Of a stretch of DNA of 64,000 nt, positions 20,560 to 33,444 are shown one piece after another (positions within the stretch are counted from its first letter, which is position 1; each line of letters begins with the position of its first letter). The notes beneath the pieces were generated by a model. It ran no database searches and had not been told where the DNA came from. It was given only the letters and a program-made list of their open reading frames with translations. The DNA is from Cyanophora paradoxa CCMP329. Taxonomy: Eukaryota; Plantae; Glaucophyta. The position numbers were made by a program, and so were the translations under genes. The stretch covers positions 1-64,000 of the forward strand of contig QPMI01000441.1 in assembly GCA_004431415.1 (NCBI GenBank), read 5' to 3'.

Positions 20560-23500
20560 ACACGCATCGATATCGGATCCCGAGCGCAGGTACTCCGATC
20601 AGTTCAAGGAGGCGAGGACCCTCGAGGAAATCGACTCGGTGACGGAGACTGGTGCCAGGGTGCGTCCGCTAAGCTAAGGCGAGCCCGCGTTAAGCTCATG
20701 ATCATGCATATATTATATGATCCTGTATCTGAACAATCGTCGACGTCCGCAGGTAACTTCGTGCTCCGTCAGATCGTGAGACCCCAGAAAGTCTTGTACG
20801 GGGAGTTCACGAAAATTGCAGCCGGGTGCGATGCGCAGCCACGCGCACATGAACTTCAAATATAATTATAGATTCTCGCATCTAGCTAGCCGCTGAGCCG
20901 TGATCATGATCATGATTCACAAGAGCGAATCTTTCTGCTTTCTCTTAATGGGCTCTTACCCGTCATGTCAAATGCGTGTAGGTCGCCGGAGGAGAACCAG
21001 TCGCCCGGTGCGTCATCTGCGCATGCAGATCGCGAGCTGTCGCAGTGTATGCGCGTCTGATCTCGATGCGGCAGCCCCGGACGCGGTGCAGTGGACGCGG
21101 GACCCCGCCTCCGAATCCTATGTGGGAGCGGGAATCCCCCAGCAAGGCCCTCGCATTCCGGATGGGCCTCGCGTGCCGGTGGAAGGCCCCGCGGGCCAGT
21201 GGGCGCCGATCGCGCCGCCCCTCGTCAAAGCCAGCAACGCTTCCATCAGCGTCGCCGAGCCGGTCCAGGCGTGCGGCGACAAGCCCTGGTGAACATCTCC
21301 AGGCAGTGCCCTGTCCGGGCTTCCTAAAGCTTCATCGTTTAAGGCGATTGCGCATGCGCAGCTTCCAGTCGCATCTGGCATCACTCGCGGTGGAGAGCGG
21401 GGCGCCGATGGTGCATGTAGGGGCAGCAGACAGCACTGTCCAAGTGGAGCTGGCTGCCAATAACATCCTGCTCCAAGCTCTTGAACTTAATGTGCGCCGC
21501 AGCCTGCGCGTTCCCAGCTTGCGATTCCGCCGATTTCATGCGTAAAACGTCCGACGCAAGCAGGAGTCGTCTGACGCTCCGAAGAAAGAGCTGCTTCTCT
21601 CCGGGGACGCGCTCGTCAAGGTGTGATTCTATTCGCATTGGTGTGATTCTTATGTGTGTGAGGGCGGCTGAGAAGCTCGCAGGACGTCGGCCTGATCCCT
21701 TACACACTCCATTACAACTTGTCCAAGAATTCGCATGAGTCACGCGTGCTCGAGGAGAAAGGTGATTCATGCTTAGAAGTTATTTCAATACTCTTAGCTA
21801 TAGATCTCAGACGGGCCAGCCGTTAGAGCCCCCTTTCACGCGCGATAGCTTCCTGTCGAAATCATTCCGTAATAAGTGCCTGAACGAGTTTGCGGCTCGC
21901 AATTACAGGAACGTTCTCCGAAACACTGGTGTGTGCATGCGTCCCCGACCCGGGCCCGCGCGTTTGATTTTGTTTTCTTCGACCTCGCAGTCTGTCGAGG
22001 TCAACGGCCAAGGCACCTACATGTACTCGCACGGCGGCCTCTACGTCGGCGATTACGCCAAGCCCGGTCTCGAGGCGAGCGAACGACTTCAGATAAATTC
22101 AAACATGTGGTCAGAGAGACCGTCGGACGATCAGATGTGCTAACCAGACGGCGAGCTCAGGTCGGAACGTACGAGATCTATGCCCGCGACGTCAAGTCCT
22201 CAGCCGTCGAAACGCCGGTGCACTCATCGGAAAATGTGGACCCTAACCAGGTACGCTCACGCTCGCAACTGCAAACTTGTAGTTTAGGGTCTTCCGATAT
22301 CCAGCTGGATATCGCTCCTCGAAAGCTCGTCGCTGATGCAGTGCATATCCATGCTCTGCACGCAGGAGCAACTGCCCCGTGGCACCCTCAATCCGGCTGG
22401 GGACCCCATCATCACCCCGGACGGCGAGGCCACGGGCGACCGCGTGCGCATGCGCTGATCTGTCTGATCTCTCTCAGCTGAAATGCTGATGGACGGACCG
22501 GGTACCGGCACTATGTCACTCGCGCAGGTCCCCGCGTCGGAAGTTCTGGAGGCGTCGGACAGCACCGACCTGGAGCCGCGGCAGACAATCTCTGGGTCCG
22601 CGATCCGCTTTGCTATCCGATGTCCCTGCTTGACGCTACACTGTCCACGCTGCCGGCAGGGATCTGAAGCTCATTCCCGAGTTCAAATCGGACTCGATTC
22701 CAGGGCCCAAATCATGCCCCACGGTTCGCTTACGCGCTTCTCGCTTCGCTAAATTGAAGTGCTACAAGAAGAACATGCATATGCTTTCTCACGGCAAACT
22801 TCGTTTGTCTGTGTCATCGCAGGGAGAGTGCCTGGACGTCCAGGCCCCCATCCACAACGCTACGGACTTTCTCAAAACCGCCTGCGAGTGCGTTTCGCAT
22901 ACTTTAAACCTCACGCACAAATATATATATAGCATACATTTGCATATATACGATTTATAAACCAGCGTCGAGGTTCAAATTCGAATTCAGGGCCAGACGT
23001 TGAGATCGCGCGCGCGTGCGGTTTCGCAGCAGCGAGTCGGCCACCTGCGAAGTGCCCGTGGGCTTGAAGTGCCCGCTTGCGAACGCACAGCAGCTGATTC
23101 ACTGCGACGACCTGCTGCGAAACTTCGAAGCCCAAGGCATAGCCAACGATTTCGACGGATACCGGTGCGTACAAGTCTATATACAGCTCGATTCCAAATC
23201 AGAAGTCATCCGTGTGTTAGCTGCATGCACTTGGGTGCACGCACCCGTGTTCGATCCGTAGGCTGATCGAACTTGGCCTCAGGTATATGCTCACGAAGAT
23301 TATGCAAAGTACGAAGGAGATCCCAGAGCAGTTCGCGTTCTCCGGCAAGGAGGCAATCTGGGACACCCTGTTCGGCTATATGACGGCGGAGATGCCGAGC
23401 GACCTTATCTGGTCTAATGTTGTGAACAAGACCATGACGGAGAAGGACGTGCAAGCCGCCGTCGCCAAGTTCGATGCGGCCGGCGACAACGATGGGATGC

Positions 23501-23601
23501 TGGACAAGAGCGAGTTCCTGGCGTGCCACGAGCCCGTCATGTCTACATTCAACCCGAACTCGACCGAGGTGCTTGAGATACAAGGCTATATAGCTCGCTA
23601 G
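20560..23601 (+). CDS. Probable multi-exon host gene (possibly degenerate) with an EF-hand-like motif near the 3' end
   Basis: Alternating coding-like blocks and short GT..AG introns; last exon FDAAGDNDGMLDKSEF. Boundaries uncertain. Confidence 0.4.
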
Positions 23602-24644
23602 AGACCGATGCACGTGCAAGTGCACGTGCAAGCGTACATATATCAAACTTCTCTTTTTCCGCAGCTCACATACAGCGACGACCCTGCAGCGGTGCGTATG
23701 CGCATGTTCTTCATTTCTATCGTTTTCAGCCCAGAACAGCATGTATACCGCCTTCCTTCTAGATATAATCCCATTCAAACTTGACTTCCATGATTGTCAC
23801 TCGGCCGCGGGGTCCCTGAACGTGCGCGCGATCGCAGGATCGTGAGTACGAAATGCAACAGCAGAAGGTGGAGATGTTCAAGAAAATGTTCGGGGAAGAT
23901 TACATGTTGTATATGGATCGTTATTTCGTGCGCATATGCATATGCATGGGCCACTTTAAATTCTCATAATTATAACTTGACATGGGGCGCGAGCTCGAGG
24001 GCGCGAACCCCTCTGTACAGTGTCCCGCTAGCGCTACCCCAGCCGGCCGACCCCGACGCCTGTGTCGCCGGGCAGGTGGAGGAGCCGTCCGACTTCGAGG
24101 CGGCGGAGGTCGAGTTTGCTGAGAATGCTGCCGCCGACGAGGCCGCCGCCTCCGCTGCCGAAGTCGCCTGCGCGGACGAGCAGTGCCTGGCTTCTTGATC
24201 CCTCGCATCGCGTCCACGACTGTGCATCGCGATCACTTGCACGGGATCTGTCTCGGTCCTTGAGCAGTCGAATCATTGAATTCGCAGTTAAATATGCATC
24301 TACCCACTTGAGAATCCGAATCTCTCGACACATATATACGTGTCCCGATCCAGCATTAATATTAGCAATCGCAGCCTGGCGAGCCAATTCTCGGCGCGCA
24401 TGCATTGTCACGCTTAAGATCGCCTGCCAGCTGAAGGCTGAGGCCCTTCCGTTTGGCTCGGAGATCTAGATCGATATCTACATACATGATTTCGATCTAG
24501 ATACATGTAGATACTTTGACTAGTGATAAATGAACGCTGTATCAAAATAACGCGCCGAAGTCTTTAGATACCGCGTTAATTGATAAACGTACCGCGCTAT
24601 AGCTATATAGCTAACTCCCTGCTGCGATGTCGCCCATACATTAC

Positions 24645-27350
24645 ACTCCCGCGGGAACCTCGCGATCGGCGCCCTCCCGCACCTCCGCAAGCTCGTCGCG
24701 GACGGAAACCCGATCTCCAAGGCCGACCTGCCCCCCGCCGCCCGCCGCACCACACTGGTGGCGGCGCATCCCCTTAATGATCAGCTCATCAAAACGCGCG
24801 CCGTCGTCAGCCGGCGCCGCCGGAGCTGGGGCGGCTGACGCGGCTGCGGATCGGACGCTCCTGCTGCGCGAGAACAAGTTTTTCATGATCAGCCTGCCCC
24901 GCGAGGTGGGTGCCCTGGTCACCCTGCGCGAGCTCCGCGTCTCGGGGAACGGCCTGCGGGCCCTGCCCCCCGAGCTCGGCCGGCTGCCCCAGCTGGAGCT
25001 CGAGGACCTGCACCTGTACCCCAACGGGCTCCTGCGGCTGCCCCCCGACTGCCGCGAGGGCGACCCGCCCGAGGCCCTCCTCGACTGCCTCCGCCCCCTC
25101 GCCGCCTCGCCCCATGCGCCGCGCCTCCGCCCCCGCCCCCGCCCTCGCCCGCCCCTCACCGCTCGCCGGCAGAGTCCTCCTCCGGCCCCTTCGGCTCCCG
25201 CCTCCTCGTGCGCGCCCCTTCCCTTCCCTCCCGGCGCGCTGGCCCCCACCCACGGCGAGCCGCCGACGTGGCGCCGGCGCAGGCAGCGCGGGCTGGGGCC
25301 GCTGGAGCTCGCCCCGAGGGGCTACCTGAACCTCGAGTGCCGCGGCCTGATCGAGTGGCCGGCGGCGCTGATCGAGGCGGCGGGGCCGGCCCGCCTCCGC
25401 CGCCTCGACCTCGACCGCAACAGCATCGCCGAGATCCCGCCGAGCGGCGAGCGCAGGCGGGGCGCTGGCACGCCTCGCGGGCCTGCAGAATTCGAAGCTG
25501 CACCTCGGGGCAACCACCTGCGCCTCCGCTCCCTCCGCAACCTCACCGTCGACGTCCACGGCAATCTCATCCAGGCGCGCGCACCCCCGTATTCCCCCCC
25601 CCTTCCCTCCCCCCCCTCCCCCCTCCCTCCCCCGACCCCCGCCCTCGCAGGCGCTGCCGCTCGGGCTGGCGCAGCTGCCGCGGCTGGTGTTCCTGGCGGC
25701 GCTGCCGAACCCGGTGCAGGAGCTGCCGGCGGCAGCGCTCGCGATCGCCATGGCCAGCGACGAGGCGCTCCTCCGCCACCTCCCGCAGCGTGCGCCACGC
25801 CGCCCCGCCGCTCCGCCGCCCCGCCTTTCCCTCCTTGAAAATATTTACGCCTGCGGCAGTGTCCGACGAGCCGAGCGACGAGGCCGCCGCGCCCGCCGGC
25901 GGTCCGCCGCGCGAGGCCGGCACCGGCGGCGCGGAAAAGGAGCGGTCGCTCTCCGCCCGCCCCGCCCGCCACCGACGCCCTCGCCGCGCGGGAGGCGGGC
26001 GGGGCGGAGGGGACGCCCCGCAGGCGCCCCCAGCCCCGTCACCGTGCGAGGTGGTGCCGCCGCTGGATCCCGAGCCGGCAGAGGCGGCAGGAAAGGCCCC
26101 GCCGGAGACGCCGAGAGCAGCGGCCGAGGCGGCCCTAGCGGCGCTGCCGCTAACGCCGCCGGAATTCAAAACGGCGCGGATGCCGCCGGCCCGCCGCTGA
26201 CACCGACTCCGGGGGCGGGGCCAGCCCGCCCCGCCGGCCTCGCCGCCATGTCCGTCGACGACGTCGCCGTGTGGCTCCAGTGCGCGCCGGCCGCCTCTCC
26301 CGCCCCGCCCGGCCGTGCCGACGGGGCCGGGGCTGCAGGCGGGCGGGCTTCGGGGCGCTGGAGGGGGCCTTCCGCGCGAACTTCGAGCGGCGCGAGGCCG
26401 CCGGCCTTTCCCTGTGGTGCCGGCCTTCCGGCGGTACGTATACGTCGAGCGGCGCGAGGCCGCCGGCCTTTCCCTGTGGTGCCGGCGCCGCCCCCGCCCC
26501 GCCCGCCCGCCCCGCCGCGGCCCGAGCGGGCGGGCGCCGCGCGCGGCAGGGTGGACCGGGAGCTCAAGGCCGGCCAGCAGCGGCTGGAGGGCATCGCGGT
26601 GCGCCCCCGCTCCTCCCAGCCCGCGGCCCGGCCCCCTCGAACCGCCCTCGGCGTCGACGCGGGAGACGCCGGCGCAGGAGGCGGACGGCGTCTCAGCAGA
26701 CGTACGTCTGCTTCCTCTCGGCCAGCTACCTGGCCAGCAAGAACTGCGACGACGAGATGCAGGCGCGCTGAGGGCCAGTCGGCCCGGCCCGCGGCTCCGA
26801 CCGCGATCGCGGCCCGGCCCGGCCTGACCGAAGTCGGCGTCGCGCTGCGCAGTACGCGCACCTCAAGCTGCGCATCCCGAAGGTATCCGTCTGGCTCTGC
26901 GACCCCGCCTCCCCGGGGCTCAAGATGAAGAGGGCGCGCCGCCGTCTCCCCCCCCCCCCCCCCCCCCCCCTCCTCTTCCCCCGTTTTCGAGGCGGACCTC
27001 TGAGTAAATGGCGGGGGCAGGACTACGAAGTGATGCTGGCGGGGCTGACGCACACGGCGCAGCTGGGCCCCGAGGCGCCCCACGTCGACGCTGCCTGCCG
27101 CGCCCTCGCCGACGGCCTCCGGTCCGCCCGCCCCGCCCCCACCCCGGCCCGCCCTCCGGGCCTCCGCCTCAGGGGCTTGCGGTCGCTTGCGGACCAAACG
27201 CTTGCCGGCGCTCGCGCACAGGGCGTTCGGGCTCCCGGGACCCCGCGCCGCCCCGCACGGTGGCCGTGGGCCGCACCACGGACCGGCGACGCCTTGAAAG
27301 TTGAAACGACTTGGCGAGGCGATGGATTCGCTGACCACGCCCAATACTAA
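24645..27350 (+). pseudogene. LRR - SAM-like - TIR gene, multi-exon, partly scrambled
   Basis: LRRs (LPREVGALVTLRELRVSGNGLRALPPELGRL; LRRLDLDRNSI), SAM-like MSVDDVAVWLQ..GF, and TIR-like LSLW/VDRELKAG..., YVCFLSASYLASKNCDDEMQ/YAHLKLRIPKVSV. Confidence 0.65.
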
Positions 27351-27570
27351 TAATTGGATAATAAACGCTGCACAGTGGGGCGGCCTGCGCCGCTGCGCAG
27401 ATCTTATATATAAATGCATATGCCGGGCGCGGGCCCGCGACCGCAATTCCGAATTTCGAAATCGATCGGGATTAACATTCCGGATTTCCGACTATATCAC
27501 CTATTCCGGATTTCCGGATTTCCGGATTTCCGACTATATACTAATATATAATCATATACTATAGCTAATA

Positions 27571-27809
27571 CTGTAAACGTAGAAATGTTCGTCGAGACTA
27601 AATTTCGACAAAACCCGAAAATCGTGACGAAAATATGGTTCGACAGCATCAAATTTTCGTCAGCCCCGCGACTCCGCCATAGAAGGGTCAGCCGTTAGTA
27701 CCCCTGTCCATACAAAATTTCAGTTCAAGAGTATCAAATATTCGTCAAAGTGCAGGGCTGACGAATATAGACGAAATAAAGACGCTGTCGAAGATTCCTA
27801 CGTTTACAG
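27571..27809. mobile_element. Tc1/mariner/pogo-type MITE, copy 1
   Basis: TIR CTGTAAACGTAG...CTACGTTTACAG flanked by TA; second copy at 55411. Confidence 0.85.
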
Positions 27810-28143
27810 TATACTGTAACTACTAGTAGTCTGTAAGGCGAGAATGTTAGACCGTATATATGCCCTGCAGTGCCGCGGCCCGCGGCCCCGCGGGTCGAAT
27901 TCGCTTGCCAACGTTAACGTTAACAATGCCAAGTTGAATATTACTGGTGTTAACGTTAAACATGAATCGGATGGAGGCCCATCAGTGGGCCATCACGGCA
28001 TTTTGAGGGCTAGATCTAGTCTCATCTACTAGTACTCCGTACTAGACTCAACTAGAGTCTCAGTAGTACTGGTAGATCTGGAGTTCGCCGGCCTATACCG
28101 CCATAATACCGGGTAGCTAGGCCTAGGCCTCCGAGGCTCCGAG

Positions 28144-28612
28144 TAGGGCACTGGCCAGCGGCCCGGCCGAACAGCTGGCTGGCTGGTTTTGGACTTTTAG
28201 GCTGGCCCAGCCGGCCTAGCCGCCCGATTTGTTGACCAGCCGGGCCAGCCTTTTTCGGCTTTATCGGGCGACCAGCCGGTCGGCGACACTGGCTGGGGGG
28301 TCGGCTCCAGGCTAGGAGTGGGGCTTGAGGGGTGGCTTGATAAGATCAATAGCTAATATTCTTAACTGTGCATAATAAAACAGTTACAAAAGCGTTCCCA
28401 AGACACCGATTTCATTTAAGAACGTGGGCTCTGCGGCTGGTCGTCTGGCCAGCTGGCCTAGCCGAGTCTTCGGCTCCTAGCTGGAGGCTGGTTGCCAGCT
28501 GGCCGGCCAAGTTTTCGCTGGAAGCTGGCGGCCAGCCCCGGGCCGCTGGCAAGGCTTCGTCGACTTGGGCTGGCCCGCTGGCCAGAGGGAGACCTGGCTG
28601 GCCAGTGCCCTA
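28144..28612. mobile_element. hAT-type MITE, family B
   Basis: TIR TAGGGCACTGGCCAGC...GCTGGCCAGTGCCCTA; 8-bp TSD GCTCCGAG. Confidence 0.88.
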
Positions 28613-28690
28613 GCTCCGAGGCTCCTGGCAGGCTCGGATGAGGCTCCTGCGAGGTCAACGTCCGGCGCAAAGACAGTCGAATTTCAATTA

Positions 28691-28938
28691 CTGTAGGATT
28701 GCTTTTTTTAGCCGATGTTTTATATTGCCGCATATACTTTTTTTTGGCGCATATACCGCCGAGAGGCCAAATTCGGCAATTTTAAAGCCACGGCAATTCT
28801 CAGGGCGTAGGGCTAAACGGCCGCTTTTGTATGGCGCCATAGAAGAAATCCAGAGTTTCGGCAATTTATCGCCACGGCAATTTCGGTTTTGGTCGAATTC
28901 GGCAATTTAACTACGCGGCAATTTAAGCATTCCTGCAG
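28691..28938. mobile_element. TA-flanked MITE with CGGCAATT internal repeats
   Basis: Imperfect TIR CTGTAGGATTGCTT / AAGCATTCCTGCAG with TA on both sides. Confidence 0.6.
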
Positions 28939-29847
28939 TATCATAGTATGATCATGAAGAGCGCTCGAACGGTTGGCTTCTGAGACACATATTCGCGCAC
29001 ACGATTGGCGCGCCTTTATTTGAGCTATTACGAGGCTCAAGCTCCTAGGCCCTTTCTTTTTGTTGTTTTTGCGTTTTTCAACTCAAGCTCCGAGCCTCCG
29101 ACACCCACGACTCTGGGGCCACGAGCTCCGAGCCTCCCGGAGTCCGACCGCCCTCCGAGGCTCAGGGCCTCCGGAATCCGGATCCGGATCCGAGATGTCG
29201 ACGAGCCTCCGCCGGCGCCGGCCCTGATCCGGCGAGTCTCTGCAGACTGCAGCCGGGCCGGCGCCGCGCCGCGGCCGAGACTCCGCCGCCGCGGCGCCGC
29301 GGCCGCCGCCGGCGACTCGAGCTCGCGATCGCGCGCCGAGTCGAACTTCCGAAGTTCGGAAGCTCGGCGCCGAGTCGGCGGCGACTCGCCGCCGATTTCG
29401 ATCGCGACTTTAATTTCTGGAGAGTCCGGAATCCGGACGCGTACGGCGTCGCCGAATCGACCCGGCTCGCGCCCGCGCCGCGGCCGCCCGGCCGCAAGCT
29501 TAAGCTTGCAATTGCCGGAGTCGCCGCCGAGTCGGCGCCGACTCGCCGGAGTGCAGCAGCTGGATATGTACATGTATGCAGCCTGCGCACGGCGCAGCTG
29601 CATGCAGCATCCAGCCTGCAGTGCGACGTCGCCGGGGCGCGCGGCCGCCAGCTGCAGATATCGATGTATAGCTATAGCTAGATCTAGAGGAGCCTGGCAG
29701 CGCTAGCGTGCGCGTGGCGCTCTAAGCAAGTCGGTGCGCCGCGATCCGATCGCGCGCGGCTTTCTGCGACGTTCCGACGGTCGGACCTGCGCGCAAATTG
29801 AATTCGAAGACGCCGCCTGATTCCCGCGGGGGCGTGCGCAGGGCGGC

Positions 29848-30804
29848 ATGGAGTTCGTCAAGAAGAAACTGAATTTCGTGCAGAAGATACGGGAGGGGTT
29901 TTCGCGGGGCGCCGGCGGCCCCGGCAAGGCAGCGGCGCCCCCCTCCGAGCCGGAGCCCACAAAACGGCTGCAGCGGCCGTCGAAGCAGCGGGCGCGGGGA
30001 ATCCGGACGCTACCGCGGCTGGATGGGCGGGACGAGCTCGAGGATGGGGCGGGCCAGGGGCGGGGCCCGCGGCCGCTGGTTGTCGCCCTGGACGTCGACG
30101 TCGACGGCGATTCGCAGCCGAGCGCCGCCTCCGCCTCCTCTGAGGAGGAGGGTGCCCCCGAACTGCCCGAGCTCCGCCCCCCCTCCCGCAGCTCCGACTC
30201 CTCCTGCCGCGCCCCCTCGCCCCCGCCCCCTGACCGCCGCCTCTCTGTCTCGGCGGGGCCGCCCTTCGGACTTGGGCGGCGGCGGCGGCGGCCCTCGCTG
30301 CCGGCGGACGGAGAGGACACGGAATTCGAGTTCGAAGAGGCGGGGGCGGCGCGTGCTTCGCCGGCCTCGGCCTCCCGCGCCTCGCCTCCCGCGCCGTCGC
30401 GATCGTGCGCCCCGCCCCCCCCCCCTCCCCTCGCCCCCCCCCTTCCCCCCCCCCCCCTCCCGGCCCTGGCCCCAAGCTCGACCTCGTTTATCGACCTCCC
30501 CCGCTATATAATATAAGGTCGACTCATATATTATAAACGAGGCGCCGGCCCCCGGCCCCTAATTATAGCTCGACCTCTTTAGCATTGCGGCGCCCGCCCC
30601 CAGTTCCGCCGGGCCGCACAGCTGGACGCTCACGGTACCCCCCCGCCCCTCCGCAGATCTGGAGGGCTGCGCTCGCCGGGGAGCGGGGGGCCGGTGGGGC
30701 GGGCGATCCTCGCGGGGCGGCCGCGAGGAGCGCACGGCGGGTCGCGGCTGCGCCGGCCCTCGACTACGAGCGCTACGAGGCCTTCCACTTCGGTGCGGGG
30801 CCCC

Positions 30805-30835
<31 letters not shown>

Positions 30836-31588
30836 TCCTCCCCTCGGTCCCGCCCCCGGCCCCCGCCCCGGCCCCTGCCCCTCGCCTCACGCCCCGGCGC
30901 CGTCCGCAGCCCTGCACCGGGCGCTCACGCCGCTGTCGCGGGCCCCGCGTGGCGGATGGCGGATGCCCGGGCGCTGGCGGCGGGGAACTGGCTCTCGGAC
31001 GCGGGGCGGGAGCGGCACGGGATGACGCGCGCGGCGTTCGAGGGGGGACTCGTGGTCGTCGCCCGGGCCGTGGCGGAGGAGATGGGCCGGCGCGGCCTCG
31101 CCCCCGCCCTGCGCCTCATCGCCGCCGAGCACGGCCTCCCCGCCTGCCCCGCCTCCCTCGCCCTCCTCGCCCTCGCCGCCCGCATCACCACCGCCGGCCC
31201 CCGCGGCCTCGGCGGCCTCTTCCCGTGGCCCGCTGCTAGCGCCACGTGTAAAGGGCCTCGCGATCGCCAGTGGGCCCCCGCGGCCGGTCCCGCGACCGAT
31301 CGCGAGCCCGGCGTGGCGCTGCGGCCCTGGCACGAGGTCGAGTTCAACGCCTGCTCGCTGGCCGCCATCGCTGAGCTCCTCGGGCCCCCGCCCCGCTCCG
31401 CGCGCCCCGCCACGCTCCCCCGCCTCGCGATCGATCGCGACGTCGACCGGCCGCGGGAGGGGACGTCGGCGTCGACGCGGGAGCCGCTGGCCGCGTCCGT
31501 GGATGCGGACAGCCCCGGGGGCGCGGCGCTGCAGAAGCGCGCCCTCCAGAACCGCCTCTCCGCCCTCTTTGAGGGGCGCCGCCCCTGA
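29848..31588 (+). CDS. Probable host gene of unknown function (multi-exon)
   Basis: Plausible start MEFVKKKLNFVQKIREGF, non-low-complexity blocks (LDYERYEAFHF; GMTRAAFEGGLVVVARAVAEE), stop at 31588 followed by AT-richer sequence. Confidence 0.45.
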
Positions 31589-32284
31589 CGCCGTGACGGC
31601 CGGCCCTTGGCCGTCGCCCGGATTCCCCTTCGAATCACTTTCGCATTCCGGGATCCTTTTAATTGTAAATAATATTTAGTGCGAGATTGCTCGACTCGCC
31701 TTCTAGTGCTGCCTTCAGCTTGGCTTTGTATTTGTACATTTGCAATTGATATCGGTTCCTTATAGTCATACTGTATCGATATCCGCAGTTTCTATGGACA
31801 TGATCATGAGCGTTGCGATCGCTGTAAAACCTCAAATTTGAGTTCTACCTCCCATGATCATGAGTGTCGTCACTTGTACTACTACTTGCAAATGCAATAT
31901 TTATGTAATTGCAGATCCCGCTTGCCAAGTGGAATCCTCCCTCTCATGAATGTCGTCGACGTCTTTTACAAATGCGATATACTTAGTTATAAATAATTAC
32001 TGAAGACGCAAGCGGACACTTCGAAAAAAAAGGTTGACGTCGGACAGTGCACGTGTAACATGTGGAAACACAAGCTGTCAAGCGCACCGCGCCGCGCCGG
32101 CCCTGGCGGAGGTCAACGGGGCGGACGCGGAATTCGAGTTCGAGGAGCTCGAGGCGGGGGGCGGCCCGGCGGCGCGTGGTTGGCCGGCCTCGGCCTCCCG
32201 CGCCTCGCGCCCGCCACCTGTTTCACGCAAACGGACAACCGACACGCGTGAAATCTCTCTCCCTCCCGCCTCCTAAGGCAAATA

Positions 32285-33237
32285 CTAGTGGCCCGGCCGC
32301 GATTTTCGCGCCGGGGGGGCAAGGGGGGAACCGGGATCTAATGAAAGAGTCCTAGTGGCGCGCACATGCGCGCGGCAGAACGACCCCGGCCCAGTGCCGA
32401 GCGCAACAAGAGCGCCCGGCCCGGCCGGCGTGCTCGGCTGCGGGCAGCGGCGCACGCGGTTCTGCGGTATAAGCTCGATATCGGCAGCGTGCTGAGCGCA
32501 GCAAGAGAGCACGGTCTGGACGGCCGGGCGTGCTCGGCTGCGATCAGCGGCGCAGCTAGGCAGCGGCGCAAGCTTGATGCAGTGAAAAGTAGTCCAGGCG
32601 GCACGCGTACGGGTACCGTGCGGCGTACGCGGCGCACTGCGAGGAAGCGGAAATCTAGAGGAGACAGCTATGGAGTAGTGGTTCCATGCAGAACCGCGCA
32701 ACGAATTCGAAGAGCTAGTAATATAAACTAGTATTACAGTTACCACTTCTCCCTAGCTGTCTCCTCTAGATCTAGATTTCGGCTTCGTCGCAGTGCGCCG
32801 CGTACGTACGCCTTGCTCTTCGTTGCGCGGTTCTGCATGGAACCACTACTCCATAGCTGTCTCCTCTAGATTTCCCGGAGTCCGCTTCCTCGCACTGCGC
32901 CGCGTACGCCGCACGGTACCCGTGCAGTCTGGACTACTTTTCACTGCATCAAGCTTGCGCCGCTGCCTAGCTGCGCCGCTGATCGCAGCCGAGCACGCCC
33001 GGCCGTCCAGACCGTGCTCTCTTGCTGCGCTCAGCACGCTGCCGATATCGAGCTTATACCGCAGAACCGCGTGCGCCGCTGCCCGCAGCCGAGCACGCGT
33101 GACCGAGCCGAGGGGTCGCGCGAAGCGCGCGACCCCGAGGGGAGGACTCTGCGCATGTGCGTGCCACTAGGACTCTTTCATTAGATCCCGGTTCCCCCCT
33201 TGCACCCCCGGCGCGAAAATCGCGGCCGGGCCACTAG
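32285..33237. mobile_element. Foldback / long-TIR non-autonomous element
   Basis: CTAGTGGCCCGGCCGCGATTTTCGCGCC... is inverted at 33237, with further inverted blocks (~32430-32705 vs ~32820-33095); TA on both flanks. Confidence 0.88.
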
Positions 33238-33444
33238 TATCATTCGAAATTCCCACAAGTGATTCTTCATATATCATGTCCGCATCGATGTAACTGGTGG
33301 GCTACGAAGCGACATAGATCCAGTCGACTTCAAATTCGGAACAACATTATGGTGCACGATACTCCTGTTGACATCAGAATGGCGACTGCATCTAATATAA
33401 GAAGTTACACGGAAACGGTCGATCCAGCCTATTTCTGTATTTAG

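Noticed and set aside
32120-32210. Separate gene similar to 30315-30390
   Set aside because: Short duplicated fragment with no surrounding gene structure.
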